From: an uncultured Actinomycetota bacterium
Lineage (GTDB): Bacteria > Actinomycetota > Actinomycetes > Propionibacteriales > Nocardioidaceae
Length of the DNA: 64,000 bases
NCBI GenBank assembly: GCA_963811215.1
Contig: CAWEQK010000002.1
Span: 117,891-181,890 of the forward strand
Direction: 5' to 3'
Position numbers and translations under genes: made by a program. Below the pieces are notes generated by a model, which did no database searches, was not told the origin of the DNA, and saw only the letters and a program-made list of their open reading frames with translations. Each line of letters begins with the position of its first letter. Within the stretch, counting starts at the first letter, position 1. This document shows positions 39,315 through 48,800 of this stretch, piece after piece.

Positions 39315-40222
39315 GCCCGGTCCCCCGGCTCCTCGGGAGGCCGCGAGACGACCAGGCGCTCGTCGTCGTCGTGGGTCTCGGGCTCGATGCGCACCAGGGT
39401 GCCCTGCGGCCACTGCTCGGCCAGGTGGCTGGGCAGGTGGACGACGCCCTCGGCGCCGATCACGACGTACTCCGCGCCGTCGCGGCCCTCGAGCGCCCAC
39501 GCGGCCGCCCTTCATGGTCACCGTGCGCGGGAAGGTCGCGGCGACCTCGGGCTGGTGGGTGACCACCACGATCGTGGTGCCGAGCTCGTCGCCGAGCTCG
39601 TGGACCAGCCCGATGACGGCGTCGCGGTCCTCGTGGGAGAGCTGGCTGGTCGGCTCGTCGGCGAGCAGCAGCTGCGGGCGAGGTGGAGACCGCGCAGGCC
39701 AGGGCCAGGCGCTGGCGCTGGCCGCCCGACATCGTGGAGACGACCTGGTCGGCCACGCCCTCGAGGCCCACCCGGGCCAGCAGGTCGGTCTCGGGGACGG
39801 CCGCGCTGCGCTCGGGCCGGCCAGCGCGAGCCGGGCGAAGGCGATGTTCTGGCGGGCGGTGGCGTAGGGCAGCAGGTTGCGGGTCGCGCCCTGCAGCATC
39901 GTGCTGACCCGGCGCGAGCGCAGCCGGGCCAGCTGCGGCTCGGGCAGCCGGGAGATCTCGTGCTCGCCGAGGAAGATCCGCCCGGCGCTGGGCTTCTGGA
40001 TGCCGCCGAGCAGCGTCAGCAGCGTCGACTTGCCCGAGCCGCGACGGGCCGAGGAAGGCGACCCGCTCGCCGGGCGCGGATCGCGAGGTCGACGCCCTGC
40101 AGGGCCACGACGTCGTGGCCCTCGAAGGTGCGGTAGAGGTGCACCACCCCGGAGCAGCGCACCCCGATGCCGCCGGGGTGGTCCAGCTCGCCGATGTCGA
40201 CCCCCGGCTCGAGCACTGCCAC
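39311..40222 (-). CDS. ABC transporter ATP-binding protein with short C-terminal extension; frameshifted
   Basis: VVALQGVDL, GSGKST, MSGGQRQR, LLADEPT, VVTHQ, then EYVVIGAEGVVHLP. SD AGGGAGG. Confidence 0.85.
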
Positions 40223-40294
40223 GTCTGCGCCTCCCTTGTCCGCGGCACAGCAGACCCCACCGGTCACCGGCGGCGCAACACCGGGGCCGCTTCG

Positions 40295-41101
40295 TTAAGG
40301 ACCTGTGACTCCCGGGGCCCCTCGCGGTGCGGCGGCCAGCCCGGCTCGGCAGGAACGCTCGAGGTCGCGGTGGCGGCGCCAGCGGCTCAGCAGGCCCGGC
40401 ACCGGGGGCAGCCCGGTGGACTCCGGGGCCTGCTCGACCTGCAGCGTCGCGCCGTCCCAGCGGCCCTGCCAGCTCCAGCGGCCCCAGCGCTCGAGGTCGG
40501 GCCACGACAGCTCCTGGCCCAGCAGCACCGCGGGCCCGGGTGCGGGGGCCGGGCCGCGTACCGCGCCGCTCGGGCCGGTCGCCGCGGCCTCGGGTGGGTC
40601 GCCCGCGCCAGCCCCGGCCACCACCAGCAGGTGGTCCTCGCGACTCTCCCGGGCGGCGAGCGGACGCTCCTCGAGCACCTCCAGGTGCACCAGCAGCCGG
40701 GGCAGCCACCACCAGTGCTCGCGGCGCAGCAGCACCGAGTCGGCCAGCAGCCGCGACGGCGGCCAGCGCAGCAGCTCCTGCTCGAGCAGGGTGGCGGTGA
40801 AGACCTCGCCGCCGGGGTCCTCCTGCAGCCGGGTCCGGGCCTGCACCGCCAGCGGTCGCCAGGCGCGCCCGACACCCTGCGGCTCGCTGAGGCAGACCAG
40901 CACCCGGCCCGCCGCGGCCAGCGACCGGGCCGTCGCGAGCTGCGAGTAGGGCAGCGCCAGCACCGGCCCGTCCGGGCCGACCAGGGGCAGCACCCCGTGC
41001 ACCCGGGGCCGGCCCTCGACCGTCCAGGCCGCGTCGGCGACCACCGCGGCGCGCAGGGCGGCCTCGACGTCGGGGCGGCGGCGTACGGGGTCGGGGGGCA
41101 C
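40295..41101 (-). CDS. Hypothetical protein, pyridoxamine 5'-phosphate oxidase-like fold possible
   Basis: 268 aa with coding-like composition; ADSVLLRREHWWWLPRL. A -10 TACAGT lies 6 nt before the GTG. Confidence 0.65.
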   Translation of the reverse strand: MPPDPVRRRPDVEAALRAAVVADAAWTVEGRPRVHGVLPLVGPDGPVLALPYSQLATARSLAAAGRVLVCLSEPQGVGRAWRPLAVQARTRLQEDPGGEVFTATLLEQELLRWPPSRLLADSVLLRREHWWWLPRLLVHLEVLEERPLAARESREDHLLVVAGAGAGDPPEAAATGPSGAVRGPAPAPGPAVLLGQELSWPDLERWGRWSWQGRWDGATLQVEQAPESTGLPPVPGLLSRWRRHRDLERSCRAGLAAAPRGAPGVTGP

Positions 41102-41138
41102 GGCGTCACTGTAGGCAGCAGCCCTCGCCCGGACAGGG

Positions 41139-41154
41139 GGTGACAGCGCTCACA
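41139..41154. promoter_or_regulatory. CRP/GlxR-like site GGTGA-CAGCGC-TCACA upstream of cstA
   Basis: 9/10 match to TGTGA-N6-TCACA; a -10-like CATGAT follows at 41164. Confidence 0.65.
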
Positions 41155-41268
41155 GGTCAAGCGCATGATGGCGACCGGCCCGCCACTCGGGTGGCCGCCG
41201 GCGCAGCACCCCTCGACGACCACCCACCGCACCACCTCGTCCACCCGGGCGGGCCGTGAGGAGTCGTC

Positions 41269-42999
41269 GTGCCCGCCATCGTCGTCGCAGCCGCTGTGGG
41301 CGTGCTGTTCTTCCTGGCCTACCGCCACTACTCGAGCTACCTGGCCCGCCGGGTCTACGGCACCGACGCGGCCTTCGTGACCCCGGCGCACCAGTTCTCC
41401 GACGGCATCGACTTCGTGCCGACCAACAAGCACGTCGTCTTCGGCCACCACTTCACCTCGGTGGCCGGCGCGGCCCCGATCGTGGGCCCGGCGATCGCGG
41501 CGTTCTGGGGCTGGGGCCCGGCCCTGGCCTGGATCGTGGTGGGCACCGTCTTCGCCGCCGGCGTGCACGACATGGGTTCACTGGCGGTCTCGGTGCGCCA
41601 CGGCGCCCGCAACATCGGCAGCATCGCCCACGACGTCATCAGCAAGCGGGCCCGCACCCTGTTCCTGCTGATCATCTTCTTCCTGCTGACCCTGGTGAAC
41701 GCGGTCTTCGCCGTGGTCATCGGCAACCTGCTGGTGGCCAACCCGGGCGCGGTGATCCCGATCTTCGTGGAGATCCCGCTGGCGATCGGGATCGGGCAGT
41801 ACATCTACCGCTCCCGGTCGGCGGCGCTGGTGCCCTCGCTCATCGGTGTCGTGGTGCTCTACGCCCTGATCTGGGTGGGCCTGCAGGTGCCGATCGAGAT
41901 CACCGGGCTGGCCGACGCGCTGGGCGTCGAGAACCCGCGCAACGTGTGGGTGGTCATCCTGTTCGCCTACGCCTTCATCGCCTCGCGGCTGCCGGTGTGG
42001 GTGCTGCTGCAGCCGCGCGACTACATCAACTCCCACCAGCTCTTCATCGCCCTCGGCGTGATCGTCGCCGGCATCGCCGTCGGCTGGAACACCATCGCGG
42101 CGCCGCTGGTCAACGACGTGCCCGACGGCTCGCCGTCGATCTTCCCGTTCCTCTTCATCACCATCGCGTGCGGCGCGATCTCGGGCTTCCACTCGCTGGT
42201 GGCCTCCGGCACCACCGCCAAGCAGATCGACAACGAGGCCGACGTGCGCCACGTCGGCTACCTCGGTGCGGTCGGCGAGGGCGCGCTGGCCGTGGGTGCC
42301 CTGCTGGCCGTGACGGCCGGTGTCGCAGCGACCCGGGCCGACTGGTCGGCGCTCTACCCCGACTTCGACACCGCCTCGGGCGGGGCCGTGGGCAACTTCG
42401 TCAACGGTGTCGGCGTCTTCGCCAACAACCTGGGCGTGCCGCTCGACCTCGCGGTGATCTTCGCCGCGGTCGTCGTCATCTCGTTCGCCGCCACCACGAT
42501 GGACACCGGCGTGCGGCTGCAGCGCTACGTGGTCCAGGAGATCGCCGAGGTGCTCGGCTGGCAGCGCCTGGCCCGCAACCTGACCCTGGCCGGCGTCGTG
42601 GCCGTGGTGGTGCCGCTGGCGATGGCGCTGCTGCCCGGCGGCGGCGAGGCTGGTTACACCTTCGGGGTGCTCTGGCAGCTCTTCGGCACCACCAACCAGC
42701 TCACCGCCGGCCTCGCGCTCGCGGTGGTCGCGGTCTGGGTGGTCCAGCGCGGGCGCAACCCGGTCGCCGTGCTGGTGCCGCTGGGGTTCCTGCTGGTGAT
42801 GACGTCGTGGGCGCTGGTCGTCAACCTGCGCAACTTCATCGACGACGGGCAGTGGGTGCTCGCCCCGCTCGACGCGATCATCTTCGTGCTGGCGGTGTGG
42901 TTGGTCGTCGAGGCCGCCCTCGCCCTGCGCCGGGCCAGCGGCTCGGGCGCCGGCGACGAGCACGAGCCGGTGCCCGACGACAGCCCGCAACGGCGATGA
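41269..42999 (+). CDS. cstA: Carbon starvation protein A family transporter
   Basis: TPAHQFSDGIDFVPT, GHHFTSVAGAAPIVGP, LPVWVLLQPRDYIN, TIACGAISGFHSL, WQLFGTTNQL. Confidence 0.95.
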   Translation: MPAIVVAAAVGVLFFLAYRHYSSYLARRVYGTDAAFVTPAHQFSDGIDFVPTNKHVVFGHHFTSVAGAAPIVGPAIAAFWGWGPALAWIVVGTVFAAGVHDMGSLAVSVRHGARNIGSIAHDVISKRARTLFLLIIFFLLTLVNAVFAVVIGNLLVANPGAVIPIFVEIPLAIGIGQYIYRSRSAALVPSLIGVVVLYALIWVGLQVPIEITGLADALGVENPRNVWVVILFAYAFIASRLPVWVLLQPRDYINSHQLFIALGVIVAGIAVGWNTIAAPLVNDVPDGSPSIFPFLFITIACGAISGFHSLVASGTTAKQIDNEADVRHVGYLGAVGEGALAVGALLAVTAGVAATRADWSALYPDFDTASGGAVGNFVNGVGVFANNLGVPLDLAVIFAAVVVISFAATTMDTGVRLQRYVVQEIAEVLGWQRLARNLTLAGVVAVVVPLAMALLPGGGEAGYTFGVLWQLFGTTNQLTAGLALAVVAVWVVQRGRNPVAVLVPLGFLLVMTSWALVVNLRNFIDDGQWVLAPLDAIIFVLAVWLVVEAALALRRASGSGAGDEHEPVPDDSPQRR

Positions 43000-43415
43000 G
43001 CGGCCCCCCGGGAACCGCAGGCCCCGCCGGCGCCGTGGGGCGGGTCGTGCTGGTGCGGCCCTGGACCGACGCGCGCGCCGGGGGCGGCTGCTGCGCCGGG
43101 CCGGTGCCCTCGCGCCACGAGCACGACCCGTCGAGCGACCCGACGACCGACCCCGTGGGGGCGGCGTACCGGGCGCTGCGAGGCGGGCTGCCCGATCTCG
43201 ACGTGCAGGTCGTCGACGTCGCCAACACCGCCTGGCTGCTGCCGGCGGTGCTGCGGCGTGCCCGCGCGCGCGTCGGCACCCTGGGCGCGGTGCGCTGCGC
43301 GCTGGGCGCCACCCGCGCCGGCTCGGTGCTCGTCGACGGGCAGCGGGTCGGCGACCTCGAGGACCTCGCACCCGCCGAGCTGGTCGCCGTCGTGAGGCGG
43401 GCGGCCACGGCGTAG
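42996..43415 (+). CDS. cstA-coupled hypothetical protein with GGCC motif (thioredoxin/ArsD-like fold possible)
   Basis: ATGA overlap with cstA; VVLVRPW...GGGCC...DVQVVD...SVLVDGQ. Confidence 0.7.
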   Translation: MSGPPGTAGPAGAVGRVVLVRPWTDARAGGGCCAGPVPSRHEHDPSSDPTTDPVGAAYRALRGGLPDLDVQVVDVANTAWLLPAVLRRARARVGTLGAVRCALGATRAGSVLVDGQRVGDLEDLAPAELVAVVRRAATA

Positions 43416-43426
43416 GTTCTGCGCCC

Positions 43427-44728
43427 GTGGGGGAGCGGATGGGGGGCCTGGTGGCCGACACCAGGCCGCTGCGCAACGACCACTTCCGGCGCCTGTGGGT
43501 GGCCAACATCATCACCGTCGTCGGCGCCCAGCTGACGGTGGTGGCGGTGCCGGCGCAGATCTACGCCGACACCGGCAGCTCGGCGTACGTCGGGCTGACC
43601 GGACTCTTCGGCCTGGTGCCGCTGGTCGTCTTCGGGCTGTACGGCGGGGCGCTGGCCGACGTGTTCGACCGGCGCAGCATCTTGCGGGTCACCACCGTCG
43701 GCCTGATCGTGACCAGCGGCCTCTTCGCCGTGCAGGCGTTCGCGGGCTCCACGAACGTGTGGCTGCTGCTGAGCCTCTTCGCGGTGCAGCAGGCGTTCTT
43801 CGCGGTCAACCAGCCCACCCGCAGCGCGGTGCTGCCCAGGCTGTTGCCCGCCGACCTGCTGCCGGCGGCCAACTCGCTCAACATGACCGTCTTCCAGGCC
43901 GGGGCGATCGCCGGGCCGCTGGTGGCCGGCATCGCGATCCCCTTCACCGGCTTCGCCTGGCTCTACGCGATCGACACCCTGACCCTCTTCGCGACCCTGG
44001 CGGCGGTGCTGCGGCTGCCGCCGCTGGCCGTGGAGGGCGCGGTGGCCCAGGTGCCCGGGGTGCGGGCGGTGGTCGACGGCTTCGCCTACCTGCGCGCCCA
44101 GCCGGTGCTGCTGATGTCCTTCGTCGTCGACCTGGTCGCGATGGTCTTCGGGATGCCGCGGGCGCTGTTCCCCGAGATCGCCGCGGTCGACTTCGGCGGG
44201 CCCGACGAGGGCGGGATGGTCTTCGCCCTGCTCTTCGCCGCCATCCCGGCCGGCGCGGTCCTGGGCGGGGTGCTGAGCGGCTGGGTCTCGCGGGTCTCGC
44301 GCCAGGGCCTGGCGGTGGTGGTGTGCGTCCTGGTCTGGGGCGTGGCGATGACCGGCTTCGGGCTCGCCGTGCTGCTCGCCGGGCAGTGGCGCACCCCGAT
44401 GCTGGTCGCGGCGCTGCTGATGCTGGTCGTCGGAGGCGCGGCCGACATGGCCTCGGCGGCCTTCCGCACCTCGATGCTGCAGAGCGCGGCCACCGACGCG
44501 ATGCGCGGTCGCCTGCAGGGCGTCTTCATCGTCGTGGTCGCCGGCGGGCCCCGGGTCGCCGACGTGCTGCACGGTGCCACGGCTGCCGGCGTGGGAGCGG
44601 GTGCGGCTGCCGCGGGCGGGGGCGTGCTGGTCGTCGTCGGCACCGTGGTGGCCGCCCTGGTGGTGCCCTCCTTCGTGCGCTACCGGATCACCCGCACCCC
44701 TCCCGCTCCCCTGGTGCATGAGGGATGA
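43427..44728 (+). CDS. MFS transporter (EntS-like)
   Basis: DTRPLRNDHFRRLW, GGALADVFDRR, MVFGMPRALFP, MRGRLQG. Confidence 0.9.
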   Translation: MGERMGGLVADTRPLRNDHFRRLWVANIITVVGAQLTVVAVPAQIYADTGSSAYVGLTGLFGLVPLVVFGLYGGALADVFDRRSILRVTTVGLIVTSGLFAVQAFAGSTNVWLLLSLFAVQQAFFAVNQPTRSAVLPRLLPADLLPAANSLNMTVFQAGAIAGPLVAGIAIPFTGFAWLYAIDTLTLFATLAAVLRLPPLAVEGAVAQVPGVRAVVDGFAYLRAQPVLLMSFVVDLVAMVFGMPRALFPEIAAVDFGGPDEGGMVFALLFAAIPAGAVLGGVLSGWVSRVSRQGLAVVVCVLVWGVAMTGFGLAVLLAGQWRTPMLVAALLMLVVGGAADMASAAFRTSMLQSAATDAMRGRLQGVFIVVVAGGPRVADVLHGATAAGVGAGAAAAGGGVLVVVGTVVAALVVPSFVRYRITRTPPAPLVHEG

Positions 44729-44735
44729 TGGGCAC

Positions 44736-45656
44736 GTGAACCCGGTCGGCGACTCCCCCCTGCTCGAGCACGGCGAGACGGACGAGCTGGCGGCGTACCT
44801 GCGCTCCCTGGCCTTCCGGCTGCTCGGCTCGCTGGGTGCCGCCGACGAGGTCCTGGCGCTGACGCTGCGCCGGCTCGCCGAGGCCGAGCCCGGCTCCGTC
44901 ATCGACGAGCGCACCTGGGCCTGCACGACCCTGGCCCGGCTCAGCCTGGTCCGGTTGCGCGAGCGGCGCCCGGCCGCGAGCGCAGGCGAGCCGGTGACGG
45001 TGGACCTCGAGGAGCCGTTCGACCCCGTCGACCCCGCCGGCGAGGCCGACCCGGCGGGCCTGCGCGAGGGGGTCGGCGCCGACCTGCTGGCCGCGCTCGA
45101 GCGCCTGGCCCCGGCCGAGCGCGTCGCGTTCGTGCTGCACGACCTCTACGACTGGCACTTCGAGGACGTCGCCGGGGCGTTGGGTCGCACCCCCGTCGCG
45201 GCGCGCGAGCTGGCGATCCGCGGCCGGTACGCCGTGCGCGCCGGCAGCGACCACGAGGCGGCCGACGGCGGGTCGGGGGCCCGGGCACGTCAGCTCGCGG
45301 TCGTCGGCCGGGTCGTCGCGGCCGCCGGGGCCCACGACCTCGCGGCGCTGCGGGAGACCCTGCACCCCGACGTCCGCCTGCGCGCCGACGGCGCCGCGAT
45401 CGACCTGGGCGCCGAGGCCATCGTCGAGGGGCCCGAGGCGGTCGCCGCCCACCTCGCCGAGCACGTGCACGACCTGCGGGCCACCCTGCTCGACGGCTAC
45501 GCCGGTGCGGTGTGGCGCGAGGACGAGGCGGAGCGGATGGTCGTCGGGTTCACCGTGGAGGACGCGCTGGTCCACGAGATCGACCTGGTCGCCGATCCCG
45601 CCGTGCTGCCGCTGCTGGACCTGTCGCCCTCCTCCTCGCCGAACACGGTGCGATGA
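44736..45656 (+). CDS. ECF sigma-70-like protein with SnoaL-like extension (SigJ/ECF41-like), degenerate region 2
   Basis: LAFRLLGS, region 4 LERLAPAERVAFVLHDLY, LHPDVRLRADG, IDLVADP. Confidence 0.75.
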   Translation: MNPVGDSPLLEHGETDELAAYLRSLAFRLLGSLGAADEVLALTLRRLAEAEPGSVIDERTWACTTLARLSLVRLRERRPAASAGEPVTVDLEEPFDPVDPAGEADPAGLREGVGADLLAALERLAPAERVAFVLHDLYDWHFEDVAGALGRTPVAARELAIRGRYAVRAGSDHEAADGGSGARARQLAVVGRVVAAAGAHDLAALRETLHPDVRLRADGAAIDLGAEAIVEGPEAVAAHLAEHVHDLRATLLDGYAGAVWREDEAERMVVGFTVEDALVHEIDLVADPAVLPLLDLSPSSSPNTVR

Positions 45657-45681
45657 ATTCGGTTGTCGGCGCCGGTCCCTA
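45651..45681 (+). promoter_or_regulatory. SigG-type promoter CGATGA-N18-GTCCCTA upstream of the DrrAB-like exporter
   Basis: Exact match to the recalled consensus CGATGA-N18-GTCNNTA; overlaps a sigma-A-like TAGGCT. Confidence 0.65.
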
Positions 45682-45722
45682 GGCTGCAAGGTCGAGGGGC
45701 GAGGCCCAGGAGAGGACGACTG

Positions 45723-46709
45723 ATGGTGGACATGATCCAGGCCCACGGCCTGGTCAAGCGGTACAAGGAGGTCACAGCGCTCGACGGTCTCGACCTGGCG
45801 GTGCCGGAGGGCCAGGTGCTGGCCCTGCTGGGGCCCAACGGTGCCGGGAAGACCACGGCCGTGCGGGTGCTGACCACGCTGCTCAAGCCCGACGAGGGCA
45901 CCGCCCACGTGGCCGGCGTCGACGTGCGCGCCGACCCCGACGGGGTGCGCGCGCGCATCGGCCTGTCGGGGCAGTACGCCGCGGTCGACGAGCACCTGAC
46001 CGGCTTCGAGAACCTCGAGATGGTCGGGCGGCTCTACGGCCTGGGCCGCAGCCGCTCGCGCGAGCGGGCCCGCGAGCTGCTGGAGCGCTTCGACCTCGTC
46101 GACGCCGGCGACCGGCCCTCCAAGACCTACTCCGGCGGCATGCGCCGGCGCCTCGACCTGGCCGGGTCGCTGGTGGCCGCGCCACCGGTGCTGATCCTCG
46201 ACGAGCCCACCACCGGGCTCGACCCACGCAGCCGGGTCGGCATGTGGGACGTCATCCGCGAGCTGGTCCGCGACGGCGCCACGCTGCTGCTGACCACGCA
46301 GTACCTCGAGGAGGCCGACCGGCTCGCCGACGACATCGTGGTCATCGACCACGGTCGCGCCATCGCGCGCGGCACCGCCGACGAGCTGAAGTCGCAGACC
46401 GGCGGCGAGCGGGTCGAGGTGGTCCTGGCCCACTCCTCCGACCGTGACGCGGCCACCCGGCTGCTGGGTGCCGTGGCCGTCGGCGAGGTCGGTGTCGCGG
46501 AGAACGGCCGCGAGCTGACCGCCGCCGTCGACGGCGGCGTCCGCGCGCTGCGCCACGTGCTCGAGGGTCTCGAGGTCGAGGGTCTCGAGGTGCTCGACAT
46601 CGGCCTGCGCCGCCCCACCCTCGACGACGTGTTCCTGAGCCTGACCGGCCACGGCGCCGAGAAGGACCCCGACGAGCACACCGACGCGGCCGAGGAGGCC
46701 CTGCGATGA
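45723..46709 (+). CDS. ABC exporter ATP-binding subunit (DrrA family)
   Basis: GPNGAGKTT, YSGGMRRRLDLA, LDEPTTGLDP, TTQYLEEAD, RRPTLDDVFL. Confidence 0.93.
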   Translation: MVDMIQAHGLVKRYKEVTALDGLDLAVPEGQVLALLGPNGAGKTTAVRVLTTLLKPDEGTAHVAGVDVRADPDGVRARIGLSGQYAAVDEHLTGFENLEMVGRLYGLGRSRSRERARELLERFDLVDAGDRPSKTYSGGMRRRLDLAGSLVAAPPVLILDEPTTGLDPRSRVGMWDVIRELVRDGATLLLTTQYLEEADRLADDIVVIDHGRAIARGTADELKSQTGGERVEVVLAHSSDRDAATRLLGAVAVGEVGVAENGRELTAAVDGGVRALRHVLEGLEVEGLEVLDIGLRRPTLDDVFLSLTGHGAEKDPDEHTDAAEEALR

Positions 46710-47578
46710 GCACCACCACCACTCCCGGCGCCGAGACCGGCCGCCTGCCCGAGCCCACCCCCGTCCCGCAGCGTCCGCACGGGGTCGTGCGCGCGCTGAC
46801 CGACGGCTGGATCGTCGCCAAGCGCAACCTGGTCAAGGTCAAGCGCGTGCCCGAGGTGCTGGTCTTCGTGCTGATCAGCCCGATCATGTTCGTGCTGCTG
46901 TTCGCCTTCGTCTTCGGCGGCGCCATCGACCCCGAGGGCGCGGTGAGCTACCGCGAGTTCCTCATCGGGGGCATCTTCGCCCAGACGGTCGTCTTCGGCG
47001 CCACGTTCACCGGCGCCGGACTGGCCGAGGACATGCAGAAGGGCATCATCGACCGGTTCCGCTCGCTGCCGATGTCGCACGCGGCGGTCCTGGTGGGGCG
47101 CACCACCTCCGACGTGGTCTACAACGTGCTGTCGCTGATCATCATGGCGCTGACCGGACTGCTGGTCGGCTGGCGGATCCGCGAGGGCGCCCTCGACGCG
47201 CTGCTGGGCTTCGTGCTGCTGCTGGTCTTCGCCTACGCGATCAGCTGGGTGATGGCCTACGTCGGCCTGCTGGTGCCCTCGGTCGAGGTGATCAACAACG
47301 CCTCGTTCATCGTGATCATGCCGCTGACCTTCGTCTCCAACGCGTTCGTGCCGCTGAGCTCCTTCGACGGCGTGCTGCGCCAGTTCGTGCTGTGGAACCC
47401 GGTCTCGGCGCTGACCCAGGCCAGTCGAGAGCTCTTCGGCAACGTCGACCCCTCGACCCCGGTGCCCGACGCCTGGTCGATGCAGCACCCCGCTCTCTAC
47501 ACGCTGGGCTGGGTGGTGCTGATCCTCGCGGTCTTCGTGCCGCTCTCCACCCGGCAGTTCGCCCGCGCCTCCTCCTGA
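46706..47578 (+). CDS. ABC-2 type permease (DrrB family)
   Basis: PIMFVLLF, DMQKGIIDRFRSLPM, PLTFVSNAFVP, WNPVS; ATGA overlap. Confidence 0.93.
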   Translation: MSTTTTPGAETGRLPEPTPVPQRPHGVVRALTDGWIVAKRNLVKVKRVPEVLVFVLISPIMFVLLFAFVFGGAIDPEGAVSYREFLIGGIFAQTVVFGATFTGAGLAEDMQKGIIDRFRSLPMSHAAVLVGRTTSDVVYNVLSLIIMALTGLLVGWRIREGALDALLGFVLLLVFAYAISWVMAYVGLLVPSVEVINNASFIVIMPLTFVSNAFVPLSSFDGVLRQFVLWNPVSALTQASRELFGNVDPSTPVPDAWSMQHPALYTLGWVVLILAVFVPLSTRQFARASS

Positions 47579-47584
47579 GGAGGC

Positions 47585-48713
47585 TCAGCGGGTCAGGAGC
47601 AGGGCGCGGTCGTCGCCGTCGCGGACCTCGCCGCGCCCATCGGTGTTGGAGGTGACCAGCAGCAGGCCGTCGGCCTGGGGCAGTGCCAGGACGCTGCGCA
47701 GCCGGCCGAGCTCACCGGCGAGGTGGCCGACGGGCTGCTCGACCGGCTGGGCGCCGTCGGCGAGCGGGATCTCCCAGAGCCGCTCCCCGCGCAGCGCCGC
47801 CATCCACAGCGAGCCGTCCCAGTGGGCCAGGCCCGAGGGCGAGGCGTCCTCGGTGCGCCAGACGACCACCGGGTCGGTGAGGCCCTCCCCGCCGCCGCTG
47901 CCCTCGACCTGCGGCCAGCCGTAGTTGGCCCCGGCCTCGACGAGGTTCAGCTCGTCCCAGGCGTTGGCACCGAACTCCGAGGCCCACAACCGGCCCTCGT
48001 CGTCGAAGGCGAGGCCCTGCACGTTGCGGTGGCCGACGCTGTAGACCTCGTCGTCGAAGGGGTTGCCGGGGGCCGGTTGTCCGTCGAGGGTCAGCCGCAG
48101 CACCTTGCCCGACAGCGACCCCCGGTCCTGCGCCGACTCCGGCACGCCGTTGTCGCCGGTGCCGACGTAGAGGAGGTCGTCGGGGCCGACCAGGAGCGCC
48201 CCGCCCTGGTGGTAGCCCGCACCCCCGGGGATCCCCTCGAGCAGCACCTCGGGCTCGCCGAGGCTCACCCCGTCCCAGGGCATCGAGACGATCCGGCTGG
48301 ACTCCTCGACGGTGTAGTAGGCCAGCAGTGCCGACTCGTCGGGAGTCAGGGCCAGGCCGAGCAGGCCCGCCTCACCGCCGGGGACGACGTCGGGCAGGGT
48401 GCGCAGCTCCTCGCGCTCGCCCGACTCGGGGTCCAGGCGCAGGATCCGTCCGGTGTCGCGCTCGCTGAGCAGCACCGCCTCCTCCGAGGTCGCACTCAGC
48501 CCCCAGGGGCTGGTCAGCCCGGTGGTCACCGTGCGGCTCTCCAGCTCCGCGCGGGCCGCCGGGGTCGACGTCGTCGTCGGGGCCGGCGGTGCGCGTCGTC
48601 TCGCTGGGTGCGTTGGCACGCTCACCCGGCTCGGGGTCGTCCCCGCACCCGGCCAGACCGAGGGCCAGGACGAGCACCAGGGCGGCGCGGGAGCGGCGTA
48701 CGCGGCGAGTCAT
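47585..48713 (-). CDS. PQQ-dependent sugar (glucose/sorbosone) dehydrogenase family lipoprotein; one frameshift near 48550-48600
   Basis: Lipobox LAGC in the upstream frame (ATG 48713); LTSPWGL, GEAGLLGL, HQGG, GHRNVQG, DELN, NYGWP, GRLR. Confidence 0.88.
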
Positions 48714-48800
48714 CCGTCCAGCCTGACAGGCCGCGCCACCCTCGTGGGGTGAGCCGGGCCCCGGGCTGGGAGGATCGACGCTGAGCTCAGGAGGGACCCC

